Shown: positions 1 through 9,859, numbered from the stretch's first letter. The stretch is 64,000 nucleotides of DNA from Syntrophales bacterium (GCA_963668175.1 OY764159.1:1696001-1760000), one strand, 5' to 3'. The notes: generated from the letters alone by a model not told the origin. Numbers and translations are program-made.

Positions 1-2
1 TG

Positions 3-896
3 CCCGACGGGACGTGCACGCAGACCAAGCAACTGGACTGCAAGGGCACTTATAAAGGCGACGGGACGACCTGTCCCACCGGGGCCTGTTTCAAGGACGC
101 CAACACCTGCACCATACTGACGCAGGTGGCCTGCAAGGCGATCTCGGGGGCGACCTACAAGGGCGACAACACGTCCTGCCCCACCGGCGGCTGTTATTAC
201 CAGAGCACCCAGACCTGCGACACCGGCCTTACTCAGGACGCCTGTATCGCCAAGAACGGCAGCTATATGGGCAACTATACGGACTGCGGCAAAGGCGCCT
301 GTTACCTTCAGGATAACTGTTCGATTACGTACGGCGGCCTGTGCACGCCGCCCTCGATATATCACGGGACGGGTGCGGTCTGCGGCGCCGTCATGTCGGT
401 TTCTCCCGTCTATCTCGGCGCCAAGAAAGACCCTTCCGCACAGTTAAGGGGACTCTCGGCCAATGTCCAAAATCCCTTTGCCGCCCTCACCTTTTCCAGT
501 GAGGATTATCTCATGGCCAACTCTTGTACCGGCCCGATGCTGTCCTGCGGCTTCAGTGTCATGATGGACGCGACCAAGCCTCTCAAAACGGCCTTCACCG
601 TGTCGGACGGAAAGAAGTCCTTCGATATCAAGGCCACCTGGGGCATGGATCTCCCCCAGACGTCGTTGACGGCGAAGTCTTCAAAGAAACAGTGCCAGTT
701 CGCCGTTCCCGTCAACTACTCGTCCGGCTCCGTCCAGATCACGGGAGGCCCCGCAGTCGTTGCGAACACCTGCAACGGTTCCCAGGGCGACTCCTGCCTG
801 GTCACGCTCAAGACGTCCGTGGGAACGTCCACGGCTACCTTGACGGACCCGGTGACGGGGATCAGCGCCGCAGTGAGTCTGAACTGCCAGAAGTGA
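3..896 (+). CDS. Cys-rich repeat protein, C-terminal part (5' end outside window)
   Basis: Frame is open from base 3 (PDGTCTQTKQLDCKGTYKGDGTTCPTGACF...) into the listed 126..896 ORF; repeated G-A/G-C..C..T..C..Y-x-G..C units followed by a beta-rich tail. Confidence 0.8.
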   Translation, partial: PDGTCTQTKQLDCKGTYKGDGTTCPTGACFKDANTCTILTQVACKAISGATYKGDNTSCPTGGCYYQSTQTCDTGLTQDACIAKNGSYMGNYTDCGKGACYLQDNCSITYGGLCTPPSIYHGTGAVCGAVMSVSPVYLGAKKDPSAQLRGLSANVQNPFAALTFSSEDYLMANSCTGPMLSCGFSVMMDATKPLKTAFTVSDGKKSFDIKATWGMDLPQTSLTAKSSKKQCQFAVPVNYSSGSVQITGGPAVVANTCNGSQGDSCLVTLKTSVGTSTATLTDPVTGISAAVSLNCQK

Positions 897-981
897 CGCG
901 GAATGCCGGCCTGCCGGCATCTTGACGCGGACAGCATTGTTCCGGATGCGTCCGGAAAAGGTTGAAAGAAAGGAAGAACGA

Positions 982-2088
982 ATGAAAAAAATCAAATGGC
1001 CGACCACGTTGCTTGCGCTTTTGCTGTTCTCTGTCCTGGCCGCGGCGGCGGAGGCCTGCTCCGTCGTTCGCGTTATCGCCAAGGACGGAACCATCATCAG
1101 CGCCCGCACGATGGAATTCGGCATGGATATGAAGTACAACGCCATGGTCGTCCCGCGGGGCAAGGTTTTCGCCAGTCCCGCCCCCGGCAAGGGAACGGGG
1201 CTGAAATGGAAGACGCGCTACGGGTACGTTGCCGTCAATGCCTTGGGCGACGAGACAGTCGCCACGGACGGCATGAACGAAGCGGGCCTGTCCATGAGCC
1301 ATCTGTGGTATGAAAACGACATGGAATGGCAGACTGCGGGTTCGTCGGAAAAGGCGGAGGCCCTGGCCAACGCGATGTTCGGCACGTGGATCCTCGGCAA
1401 TTTCGCCACCGTCGACGAAGCGGCGAAGGCCCTGAAGAAGATCAAGGTCTTCAGCTACAAGGTGGCCGAGGCGGGCAACGTCTCATTCCCCGCCCACTTT
1501 ATCATCAACGACGCCAAGGGCGGCTCCATCGTCATCGAGTACGACAAGGGCCAGCTCCACGTCTACGACAATCCCCTGGGGATTATGACCAACGCGCCGA
1601 ACTTCCCCTGGATGGTCAACAACCTCCGCAATTACGTCGGCATGACCAACGACCAGCGCGGGGCTCAGGACTTCGGCGGCATGAAGCTTCCCGCCACTGG
1701 CCACGGCGCGGGGATGCTCGGCCTGCCGGGGGACATCACGCCCCCGAGCCGGTTCGTCCGTCTCGCCGTCCTGTCGAAGTTCGCCGATCCCCAGGAAACG
1801 GCCGAAGGGGCTTTGAACCTCGCCCAGCATCTCGTCAGCACGATCCATATCGTGAAGGGCACGATCGTGGACCGCGACAAGGACGGCAAGATCGTCGCGA
1901 GCGAAACGACCCAGTGGTCGTCCTACCGGGACCTCACGAACCGCATCTTCTATTTCCGCACCTACGATAACTTCAATATGCGGAAGATCGACCTGAAGCG
2001 GCTCGACTTCACCGGGCCCAAGGTCCGGCAGATCGAGATCGTCCAGGACCGGGAGGCGATTGCGGACGTCACCGACCGTCTGAAATAA
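982..2088 (+). CDS. Choloylglycine hydrolase / penicillin V acylase family Ntn-hydrolase, secreted
   Basis: ATG 982 after AAGGAAG; signal peptide ending AEA then CS (N-terminal nucleophile Cys), ARTMEF, DGMNEAGLS, MTNAP, GLPGDITPPSRFVR motifs. Confidence 0.9.
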   Translation: MKKIKWPTTLLALLLFSVLAAAAEACSVVRVIAKDGTIISARTMEFGMDMKYNAMVVPRGKVFASPAPGKGTGLKWKTRYGYVAVNALGDETVATDGMNEAGLSMSHLWYENDMEWQTAGSSEKAEALANAMFGTWILGNFATVDEAAKALKKIKVFSYKVAEAGNVSFPAHFIINDAKGGSIVIEYDKGQLHVYDNPLGIMTNAPNFPWMVNNLRNYVGMTNDQRGAQDFGGMKLPATGHGAGMLGLPGDITPPSRFVRLAVLSKFADPQETAEGALNLAQHLVSTIHIVKGTIVDRDKDGKIVASETTQWSSYRDLTNRIFYFRTYDNFNMRKIDLKRLDFTGPKVRQIEIVQDREAIADVTDRLK

Positions 2089-2097
2089 TCACGCATT

Positions 2098-2136
2098 GCG
2101 ACCGTCCCGCGGCTTTCCCGGCCGCGGGACGGTCGC
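2098..2136 (+). terminator. GC-rich hairpin after acylase gene
   Basis: Perfect 16-bp stem GCGACCGTCCCGCGGC / GCCGCGGGACGGTCGC with 7-nt loop; only weak T tract. Confidence 0.55.
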
Positions 2137-2387
2137 GCTCTTCTTCCGTGGTTCCCTCTTCATGAAGCCGGCATGTGGGGCAAACGGTTCTTCTCCGGCC
2201 CCCTCCCGTCAGATAAAAGCTATCAATATCCCTCCATATAACCCCGATTGTCCGCCCCAGGCCCCGGGAGTAATTTATAAAGCAGGAAGTCCTCCGCGGC
2301 GACGGGCTGCGAACCCGCAGGGTATGGGGATAACGGTTGCCTCCCGGAGCGCAGAGGGTGCACGGGAACGGACAAAGAGGAAAGGAA

Positions 2388-3599
2388 ATGAAACAGGGAT
2401 ACCGCACCACGGCCGTCGTCTGGATCGTTGCCCTGTCCCTTCTTGTGCCGATGCCCGTGCTCGCCCAACAACCGCCGGAAGATGCTGCGGCGCAAAAGTC
2501 CCACGTCTATTCCCAGGAAGAACTCGACCGGCTCCTCGCGCCTATCGCGCTCTATCCCGATACGCTGCTTTCGCAGATTCTCATGGCGGCCACGTATCCC
2601 CTGGAGGTGGTCGAGGCCGACCGCTGGCTCAAGCAGAACAAGGGCCTGGGCGTCGACGCCCTCGATGCGGCCATGATGTCGAAACCCTGGGACGTGAGCG
2701 TGAAGTCGCTGTGCCACTATCCGCAGGTGCTCGCCATGATGAGCGACAAGCTGGAACTGACGAACGACCTGGGCAACGCCTTCCTCAATCAGCAGGAACA
2801 GGTGATGAATACCGTTCAGGATCTCCGCGCCAAGGCGCAGTCCCGCGGCAATCTCACGGCGACCGAGAAGCAGAAGGTCGCCTCCGAGGACGGGGCCATT
2901 ACCATCGTCCCGGCAACCCCCGAGGTCGTCTACGTGCCGGCCTACGATCCCTGCTGGGTTTACGGGCCATGGTGGTATCCCTCCTGCACGCCGTGGTGGT
3001 TCTGGTATCCGGGGATCGTGGTCGGCGCCGGGTTCTTCTTCGGTCCGCCCTGCTTTGTCGGCCCCCTCGATTTCTGGTGCGGTTTCCGCTGGCGGCGTCA
3101 CGAAATATTCGTCAGTGTCAACAAGACGTTTGTCGTCCACAACCCTTCCTTCACCAGGATGCACGGCGGTACGGAGGTCTGGGTACACGATCCCGCGCAC
3201 CGGCGCGGCGTGGCCTATACCCGGCCGGAAACCGCCCGCCGCTTTGGTCAGATGGTCCGTCCGGGTGTGGACGCCCGCCGGTCGTTCCGGGGATTCGCAC
3301 CGGAAGGCATCCGGCCGGGGACACCCGCGGGTTCCGCGGCGCGGCCGTTTTCGCCGTCGCCGGGGATAGGAAAACCAGGCAGGCCGTTTTCGCAGCCGCA
3401 GGGTGTCTCTCCGGCTTTCAGGCCGTCTTCGCCGCAGGCCGGGCACGCTTTTGAGGGTTTCGGAGCGAGCCACGGGGAAGTCGTGCAGCACAGCGAGCGC
3501 GGGCACAGCAGTGTGGGAAGCAGCGGCGGCGGCCGCGTCGGGGGAGGCAGTATCGGCGGCCACGTCGGCGGCGGTCACGTGGGGGGAGGCAGGCGATGA
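2388..3599 (+). CDS. DUF3300 domain protein with Gly/Arg/Pro-rich tail
   Basis: ATG 2388 after GAGGAAAGGA; LAPIALYPDTLLSQILMAATYPLEVVEA, WDVSVKSL, VYVPAYDP..VYGPW motifs; signal peptide. Confidence 0.88.
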   Translation: MKQGYRTTAVVWIVALSLLVPMPVLAQQPPEDAAAQKSHVYSQEELDRLLAPIALYPDTLLSQILMAATYPLEVVEADRWLKQNKGLGVDALDAAMMSKPWDVSVKSLCHYPQVLAMMSDKLELTNDLGNAFLNQQEQVMNTVQDLRAKAQSRGNLTATEKQKVASEDGAITIVPATPEVVYVPAYDPCWVYGPWWYPSCTPWWFWYPGIVVGAGFFFGPPCFVGPLDFWCGFRWRRHEIFVSVNKTFVVHNPSFTRMHGGTEVWVHDPAHRRGVAYTRPETARRFGQMVRPGVDARRSFRGFAPEGIRPGTPAGSAARPFSPSPGIGKPGRPFSQPQGVSPAFRPSSPQAGHAFEGFGASHGEVVQHSERGHSSVGSSGGGRVGGGSIGGHVGGGHVGGGRR

Positions 3600-4555
3600 C
3601 AGGGATATCGGGCAAAAGAAGGCCGATGGCATTCGCTAGGCTGCTTTGCTGTGCGGCGGTTGCAGTCATGGCGATCCACGCAGCCCCGGGTGAAGGCCTG
3701 GCTGCGAAGGCCAGACAGCTCGCGTTCGACTCGCCCGAAGCGGCCTTCAATGCGATGATGCAGGCCATTCGGACCGGCGACGGCGGGCAGCTTAAGGCCC
3801 TGTTCGGCCCGGCCGGTAAAGACATCTTTCCCGCCGACCCGGAGGGGAGCGCCGCCCTGAGGAAGAAATTCGCCGCGGCCTACGACGAAAAATTCCGCCT
3901 GGAACGCCGGGGCGAGGACAAGGCGGTCCTGCACGTGGGCGACAACGACTGGCCCTGGCCCGTTCCCCTGGTCAAAGCCGGCAAACGCTGGCGGTTCGAT
4001 ACGGCGGAGGGCATCCGGGAAATCGTTGCGCGCCGGATCGGCAGGAACGAAATCTCCGCCATCCAGGTCTGCCTCGCCTATGTGGACGCGCAGCGGGAAT
4101 ACGCCGCAGAGCATCGCACCGGGGATATCGGCGAATATTCGCAGAAGCTCGCAAGCGACCCGGGCCTCAAGAACGGGCTCTGCTGGGAAACCAGGGAAGG
4201 GGAGAGGCCGAGCTTTCTCGGGCCGCTGCTCGTCGGGGCCTGCAAGACCGAAGCGACGGGAACGACCCCGCTTGTGACGTCCTTCGCCCCCTATCACGGT
4301 TACTATTACAGGATCCTCAAGCGTCAAGGCCGGGCGGCGCCCGGAGGCGCCTACGGCTACGTCGTGGACGGGAAGATGATCGGCGGATTTGCCCTCGTCG
4401 CGTATCCGGCCGTGTACGGCGCTTCGGGAATCATGACGTTCATCGTCGATAAGGACGGCGTCGTCTACCAGAAAGACCTGGGCCGCTACACGGAGAAGCT
4501 TGCCGAGTCGATGGAGAGCTACAATCCCGACGCCACCTGGAAAAAAGTGGATTGA
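3596..4555 (+). CDS. DUF2950 family protein
   Basis: ATGA overlap with DUF3300 gene; WPWPVPLVK..W.FDT..G..EI..RRIGRNE, PYHGYYYRIL..QG, GGFALVAYPA.YG.SGIMTFIV; usual partner of DUF3300. Confidence 0.88.
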   Translation: MTGISGKRRPMAFARLLCCAAVAVMAIHAAPGEGLAAKARQLAFDSPEAAFNAMMQAIRTGDGGQLKALFGPAGKDIFPADPEGSAALRKKFAAAYDEKFRLERRGEDKAVLHVGDNDWPWPVPLVKAGKRWRFDTAEGIREIVARRIGRNEISAIQVCLAYVDAQREYAAEHRTGDIGEYSQKLASDPGLKNGLCWETREGERPSFLGPLLVGACKTEATGTTPLVTSFAPYHGYYYRILKRQGRAAPGGAYGYVVDGKMIGGFALVAYPAVYGASGIMTFIVDKDGVVYQKDLGRYTEKLAESMESYNPDATWKKVD

Positions 4556-4755
4556 CCATCGGGACCCGCCGGTTATTCTTTTCCCGGTTCCCGGCTTCGC
4601 GCCGCCGGACCTTGCCGGAAAGAAATCCTGTCTGCAAAGGCCTTCCTGTGTTATAAGAAGAGAGTTGCGGCCGGCTGGGCCTCCACGGGCCGCAGCGGTT
4701 CTTCTCTGTCCTTGCGCATCGCGGATGCGGACGACATTCCCTGGAGGAAGGAGGA

Positions 4756-5700
4756 ATGAGCATGCTTCAATCCCCCTGGCTGCGGGCGGCCCGCCTGCAA
4801 CTGCACACCATCGGTTTCGCCCCGCTTCTCCTCGGCAACGTCGCCGCCTGGTACGAGCAAGGTGTTTTCAGTTGGCCGCGGTTCATCCTTTCCCTGCTGA
4901 TCGGGCTTTTCCTCCATATCATCACGGCGTTCGTCAACGACGTGGCGGATGTCGGCACCGACGGGGCCAACCTTTCCCGGACACCCTTTTCCGGAGGTTC
5001 GGGCGTCCTCGTCGAGGGACGGCTATCCCGTGCCGACCTGGCCGCGGGCGCGAGCGGACTGGCCTTCCTTTCTCTGGCCCTGACCTGGGTGCTGATCTTC
5101 GTCCTCCATGTCCATTGGGCGATCGCTCTCTTTGTCGGCTGGGGCCTGTTCTCCGCCGTAGAATACAGCCTCCCCCCCGTGAAGCTCGCCTACCGGGGAG
5201 GCGGCGAATTCCTGGTCCTCGTGACCTACAGCCTGGCGCTGGTATGGGCCGGATATTTCGTGCAGGCGGGCTTCGCCTATTCGCCCTTGATCTGGGTGTT
5301 TTCCGTTCCGATAGGTTTCGCCGTCTTCACGTTGATTACGGTAACGCAGTTTCCGGACCGGGAGGCCGATGCGAAGGCCGGCAAGCGGTCGCTCGTCATC
5401 CTCTTCGGCGAAAAAACGACCCTGCGCATCTGTGCGCTCGCCGTTATGCTCGGTATGGCCGGCATTGTCACGTCCTTCCTGACGGGTTTCGTTCCGGTCT
5501 GGGCGGGGGTGATGTCGCTCCTCGCTTTGCCCCTCACGTATCGCCTGGCGAAAACGATGCTTCGTCCCGACCTGGACGGGACAGCCCTTTATATGAAGCT
5601 CAGCCGGGAGACCTTGCTCCTGACGCTCTGGTTCAGTCTGGCGCCGGCCGCCGGCCTGATCGTGCAGCGCTGGATGGGTTTTCAGGGGTTGTGTGGATGA
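4756..5700 (+). CDS. UbiA/MenA-family membrane prenyltransferase
   Basis: Strong RBS GGAGGAAGGAGG; NDVADVGTD first Asp-rich motif, TPFSGGSG, YSLPPVKLAYRGGGE, PDREADAKAGKRSL second motif; multiple TM helices. Confidence 0.88.
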   Translation: MSMLQSPWLRAARLQLHTIGFAPLLLGNVAAWYEQGVFSWPRFILSLLIGLFLHIITAFVNDVADVGTDGANLSRTPFSGGSGVLVEGRLSRADLAAGASGLAFLSLALTWVLIFVLHVHWAIALFVGWGLFSAVEYSLPPVKLAYRGGGEFLVLVTYSLALVWAGYFVQAGFAYSPLIWVFSVPIGFAVFTLITVTQFPDREADAKAGKRSLVILFGEKTTLRICALAVMLGMAGIVTSFLTGFVPVWAGVMSLLALPLTYRLAKTMLRPDLDGTALYMKLSRETLLLTLWFSLAPAAGLIVQRWMGFQGLCG

Positions 5701-5822
5701 ATGCCCGGTTCGGCCCGGTGACCTCCGCGCGGCATGTCGGGGGAGACCGGAATCCGGCGCTTCGGTGGTTCGTGTAAGGCAAAACTCCGTCGGGATGCGT
5801 CCGGGACGCATCGGGAAAAGGC

Positions 5823-7463
5823 ATGAGGACTTTCCGCATCATATTCGGTCTCATCGTCGATCTGGCCCTCTTCGGAATGTTTGTTCCCTGGGCGACATTC
5901 CGGACGGGACATCTCCTCGACGGCCTCTTTCCGGTTTCCCTTCGTCCGGCTCTTCTTTTTGACGCCGCGGGCTGCGTGTTCGCCGCGGCGGGAGGGGCGT
6001 GGCTGCTCTGGTCGTGGTATCTCCTTGTCCGGGAAGGCCGCGGCTACATGACGGAGCTTTTCCGCATCGAGATTTCCCCCGTGACGGAGCGGCTCGTTGT
6101 CTCCGGGCCGTTTTCCCTCCACCGCCATCCCGTCTGCGCGGGCTACCTCTTCCTCCTCGCCGGCATCGGACTTGCGAAAGGCTCCTTCTGGTCGGCCGCC
6201 GGATGCGCGCCCCTGATTCTCGTCCTTGTTTCCGTCTATCTTCGCCTCTTCGAGGACCCGGGCCTCCGCCGGCGGTTCGCTGCGGAATACGACGATTATG
6301 CCCGACGGGTCCCCATGTTCTTTCCCGGCAGGCCCGGGCGCGTTTCCGTCGCCTACCGCAACCTCATCGCCGACCGGATACGCTTTGCCGTCACCGTCGC
6401 CGGGGTCGCCTTCGCGGTGCTCCTCATCTGCTTCCAGCTTTCGGTCCTCAAGGGAACGCGGAGCCAGATCACGACCTACATCGACCACGTCGGCGCGGAC
6501 GTCTGGGTGATGCAGAAGGGCGTCGACGACTTCGTCGCAACATCCGCCGTTCCGAAAACGAGTGTCGATGCCGTGAAAAAGCTGAATGGCGTCCGGAAGG
6601 CGGAGGGTATTTACGCCGTTTATACCCTGATCGAAGTCAATAAGGTGAAGTCCCGGGTATACGTGATCGGCTACGACACTGCCACGGGCGATGGCGGCCC
6701 GTGGAAGCTGGGAGAAACCCTGCCTCACATCGCCGGGGCGCGGTCGCTCAAAGACGGTGAAGTCCTCCTCGACCGTGACCTTGCCCGCCGCCATCATCTG
6801 AAAGTCGGCGACCGTGTCTCCCTCTTCGGCCAGACGTTCACCGTCGCCGGCTTCACGCTGGAGACGAACTCCATCGGGAGCCAGTACGCCTTCCTCTCCC
6901 GGGATTCCGTAGGCGGGATCATGCCGGGCGGCGGGTCCTTCTTCACCCATGTGCTCGTCTGGACGGACGGGACGGTTTCCGGCCCGGAGATGGTCCGGCG
7001 GATCGCTGCGGCCACGGGCCTCGGCTGCCTCGCGCGGGAGGTCCTCGACGACCACATGCGCGATTTTCTCGGAATGTTCATGCTGCCCCTGCTCACGGCG
7101 GGCGTCGTCATGGGATTCCTCGTCGGGTCCGTCACCATCGGTATTACCCTGTACACGGCCGTTCTGGAGCGGTTCAAAGAATACGGGACGATGAAGGCCC
7201 TGGGGGCGACGGACCGGTTTCTCTACGGCATCCTCCTGAGGCAGGCCCTTATCTCCCTGGGCTTGGGCACGGCCGTGGGCCTGGCGCTCGCGGCGGGTGC
7301 GGACCGTTTCATCAATCTCTGGGTCCCCGGCATGACGGCCGGCCTCGACAGGGACACGGTCCTGCAGACTGTCCTTGCGGGACTGCTCATGGCGGTCCTG
7401 AGCACAGGCCTCCCCATGTGGCGGCTTTACAGGTTGGACCCGATGGAGGCCTTCCGGTCATGA
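5823..7463 (+). CDS. Fusion: ICMT/PEMT-like membrane methyltransferase domain + FtsX/MacB-type ABC permease
   Basis: N-terminal ~170 aa: LVVSGPFSLHRHPVCAG and EDPGLRRRFAAEYDDYARRVPMFFP; then VAYRNL..DRIRFAVTVAGVAFAVLL, periplasmic domain, LYTAVLERFKEYGTMKALGA, RLDPMEAFR. Confidence 0.8.
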   Translation: MRTFRIIFGLIVDLALFGMFVPWATFRTGHLLDGLFPVSLRPALLFDAAGCVFAAAGGAWLLWSWYLLVREGRGYMTELFRIEISPVTERLVVSGPFSLHRHPVCAGYLFLLAGIGLAKGSFWSAAGCAPLILVLVSVYLRLFEDPGLRRRFAAEYDDYARRVPMFFPGRPGRVSVAYRNLIADRIRFAVTVAGVAFAVLLICFQLSVLKGTRSQITTYIDHVGADVWVMQKGVDDFVATSAVPKTSVDAVKKLNGVRKAEGIYAVYTLIEVNKVKSRVYVIGYDTATGDGGPWKLGETLPHIAGARSLKDGEVLLDRDLARRHHLKVGDRVSLFGQTFTVAGFTLETNSIGSQYAFLSRDSVGGIMPGGGSFFTHVLVWTDGTVSGPEMVRRIAAATGLGCLAREVLDDHMRDFLGMFMLPLLTAGVVMGFLVGSVTIGITLYTAVLERFKEYGTMKALGATDRFLYGILLRQALISLGLGTAVGLALAAGADRFINLWVPGMTAGLDRDTVLQTVLAGLLMAVLSTGLPMWRLYRLDPMEAFRS

Positions 7464-8134
7464 CGCCAGTCATAGAAGCCCAGGACGTATCCCGGCGTTT
7501 CGGGCCGGGCGGCAACGAAGTCGTGGCGGTCGACAGCGTTTCCCTGCGCGTCGGCGCCGGGGAAATGGTCATGCTCATGGGGCCGTCCGGGAGCGGCAAG
7601 ACGACGCTCCTGGCGATGCTGGGCTGCATCCTCAGGCCTTCCTCGGGAAGCATCCGCATCATGGGGAAGGAGGCCGGCGGTCTATCTCCTGTCGAGCTGG
7701 CGCGGCTTCGGGCGCAGGCCATCGGCTTCGTCTTCCAGGGGTTCAATCTCCTGGCCGCCTTGACGGCGATGGAAAACGTCGTCCTGGCCGGCGAGTTCGT
7801 CTCTCCGCGCCCCCGCGATATAAGGAAACGCGCCGAGGCCGTCCTCGTGCAGATGGGGCTCGGCCGCCGCCTCCATCACCTGCCGGAGCATCTTTCCGCC
7901 GGGGAGAAGCAGCGCGTGGCCTTCGCCCGGGCGCTCATCAACGGCCCCGGGATCGTCCTTGCCGACGAGCCGACGGCGAATCTCGACGCGGAGAACCGCG
8001 ACCTGGTCGTGAGCCTCCTTTTGACCGCCGCCAGGGAACGGAACGTCGCCGTCGTCATCGCGACCCACGACGACCGCATCGAACACATCGCCGACCGTGT
8101 CATCCGCATGGGCGACGGTAAGATCGTTCCATAA
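7460..8134 (+). CDS. ABC transporter ATP-binding protein (LolD/MacB-like)
   Basis: ATGA overlap; Walker A GPSGSGKT, IGFVFQGFNL, LSAGEKQRVAFARAL, LADEPTANLD, ATHD. Confidence 0.92.
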   Translation: MTPVIEAQDVSRRFGPGGNEVVAVDSVSLRVGAGEMVMLMGPSGSGKTTLLAMLGCILRPSSGSIRIMGKEAGGLSPVELARLRAQAIGFVFQGFNLLAALTAMENVVLAGEFVSPRPRDIRKRAEAVLVQMGLGRRLHHLPEHLSAGEKQRVAFARALINGPGIVLADEPTANLDAENRDLVVSLLLTAARERNVAVVIATHDDRIEHIADRVIRMGDGKIVP

Positions 8135-8432
8135 TGCCTCATTCGCTTGTTTAATGTCCCGATGCGCCCTCGTCCCCCTCTTTCGTCAATGAGACATCTT
8201 CATGAGGATTCCCGGAGTGCCGATCGCGCGCCTTCGCCGATCGGTATCGTAAGCCCCGCCTGACAGCGTTCCCATAACTCAATACCGCCGGTTTTTTCTT
8301 GGCCGAATCTTCCTCTGTTCCGCGGAACGTCGCCGGCTGCGGGATAGCTGGGCGTGGCGAAGAGAGGAGATAGGGCAAAGAAAGGTTGACAAAACCGGCC
8401 GGAGGGCCCTAGATAGGTCCACGGAAAAAGCG

Positions 8433-9017
8433 ATGCGCTGGAATAATCTTTCGACATACAAGCGGGAGGCTTGGGTGGCGCTGGCCTTTGCGCTCCTCAT
8501 CGCCGCCACGGTGTTTCAGCTTCACGAACAGGGGAGGGGTTTCTGGTGCGCCTGCGGGCAGCCTTACCTGTGGGAGGGCGACATCTGGAGCGCCCACACC
8601 TCGCAGCATCTCTTCGACCCGTACAGCTTCACGCACATCCTGCACGGCGTCCTGCTCTGCGGTCTTCTGACGTTGGCGTTTCCGAAGGTTCCGCTTCCGT
8701 GGCGCATCTTCATGGCGGCGGTCATCGAATGCGTCTGGGAAATCGTCGAGAACAGCCCGTATATTATCCACCGCTACCGTACCGTCACCATCGGCCTCGG
8801 CTACGAGGGGGATTCCATCGCCAATTCCTTAAGCGACATCTCGTGCTGCCTCCTGGGGTTCTACCTGGCCTACCGCCTGGGCCTCAAACGCTCCATCGTC
8901 TTGTTCGTCGTGATTGAGGTTGTGCTCCTCTTCTGGATCAGGGACAACCTGACCCTGAACGTCCTGATGCTCACCTGGCCCATCGACGCCGTCAAACAGT
9001 GGCAGATGATCCGTTGA
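8433..9017 (+). CDS. DUF2585 family membrane protein
   Basis: WCACG..LW, SQHLFDPYSFTHILHG, WEIVENS..II.RYR, YEGDSIANS.SD, IRDNLTLNVLML. Confidence 0.85.
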   Translation: MRWNNLSTYKREAWVALAFALLIAATVFQLHEQGRGFWCACGQPYLWEGDIWSAHTSQHLFDPYSFTHILHGVLLCGLLTLAFPKVPLPWRIFMAAVIECVWEIVENSPYIIHRYRTVTIGLGYEGDSIANSLSDISCCLLGFYLAYRLGLKRSIVLFVVIEVVLLFWIRDNLTLNVLMLTWPIDAVKQWQMIR

Positions 9018-9031
9018 AGGGCGGTGCGATA

Positions 9032-9106
9032 TCGCCGTCGTCATCGCGACCCGCGACGACCGCATCATCCACATCGCCGACGGGCGCGTCATCCGCGTCG
9101 CGGACG
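9032..9106 (+). repeat. Degenerate copy of 3' end of the ABC ATPase gene (8046-8117)
   Basis: TCGCCGTCGTCATCGCGACCC.CGACGACCGCATC...CACATCGCCGAC...GTCATCCGC shared by both sites. Confidence 0.85.
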
Positions 9107-9334
9107 TGAAACCGGCGGGGAGCCGTGAAGGCCGTTCCCGGATCCCATACATGACGGAGACGTTGCCCGGCCGTGGCTAAGTGATTTGGGGTGAAAACGA
9201 ATTTGTCTTCATCTCACTTTTTTCCCATATGTGACGGGTTGCTGTCCCCGGGCATCCTCTCCCCATCCTTTTGTTGCTTTACACCTGTTTATGTTTTACC
9301 GTAGATCATCTTAGATCGACAAGAGGAGCAGGAA

Positions 9335-9859
9335 TTGACTCTTTCCGATATCCGTCTTCCCCGGGAACTGGAGGCGGATGGCAGCGCCGCCGCCATCCGC
9401 CGCGCATTATCGTCCCGGACGACGATGATTCGGCCCGGGGGCACGCAGGAAGTTCCCTTGATTGCGATGAGTGCATCCTTGGAACAGGCGCTGGTGAGGT
9501 CCCGGTCCAAAGGGCAGATCCTTTACGGGTTCGAAGCCATCCGGGAAAGGCTGGCTTCCGAGAAAAAGGGGATCATGAATGTACTGGAACAAGGCTCCGC
9601 GCCATACGGCAATCGCATCTCCAGGTTGATCCTCTTTTCCGACGACGGCGCCGGGCGCCTCTACCGGCATATCGAGCAGCTCCTGCTGGATCACAGCCCC
9701 AGAATCCTGGGCTGTCTCCTGGATATCGACAGCGGCGTTCTCGGCAGTCTGATTATCGGAAAAGACAGGCCGATCAAAGTCGTGCTGGCGGAGCACAAAG
9801 AGGCGGTGTCCGAACTGCTGCGGGCGATGATCGCCGGACCTGCGCAAACCGATCCATAA
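9335..9859 (+). CDS. Hypothetical protein, possible L7Ae/L30e/YlxQ-like fold
   Basis: TTG start after GAGGAGCAGGA; pattern GQILYGFEAI...RLILFSDDG...SGVLGSLIIGK..IKVVL resembles L7Ae-family spacing. Confidence 0.6.
   Translation: MTLSDIRLPRELEADGSAAAIRRALSSRTTMIRPGGTQEVPLIAMSASLEQALVRSRSKGQILYGFEAIRERLASEKKGIMNVLEQGSAPYGNRISRLILFSDDGAGRLYRHIEQLLLDHSPRILGCLLDIDSGVLGSLIIGKDRPIKVVLAEHKEAVSELLRAMIAGPAQTDP

Noticed and set aside
4756..5700. Assigning gene symbol menA
   Set aside because: Family is clear but substrate is not; no menaquinone pathway context
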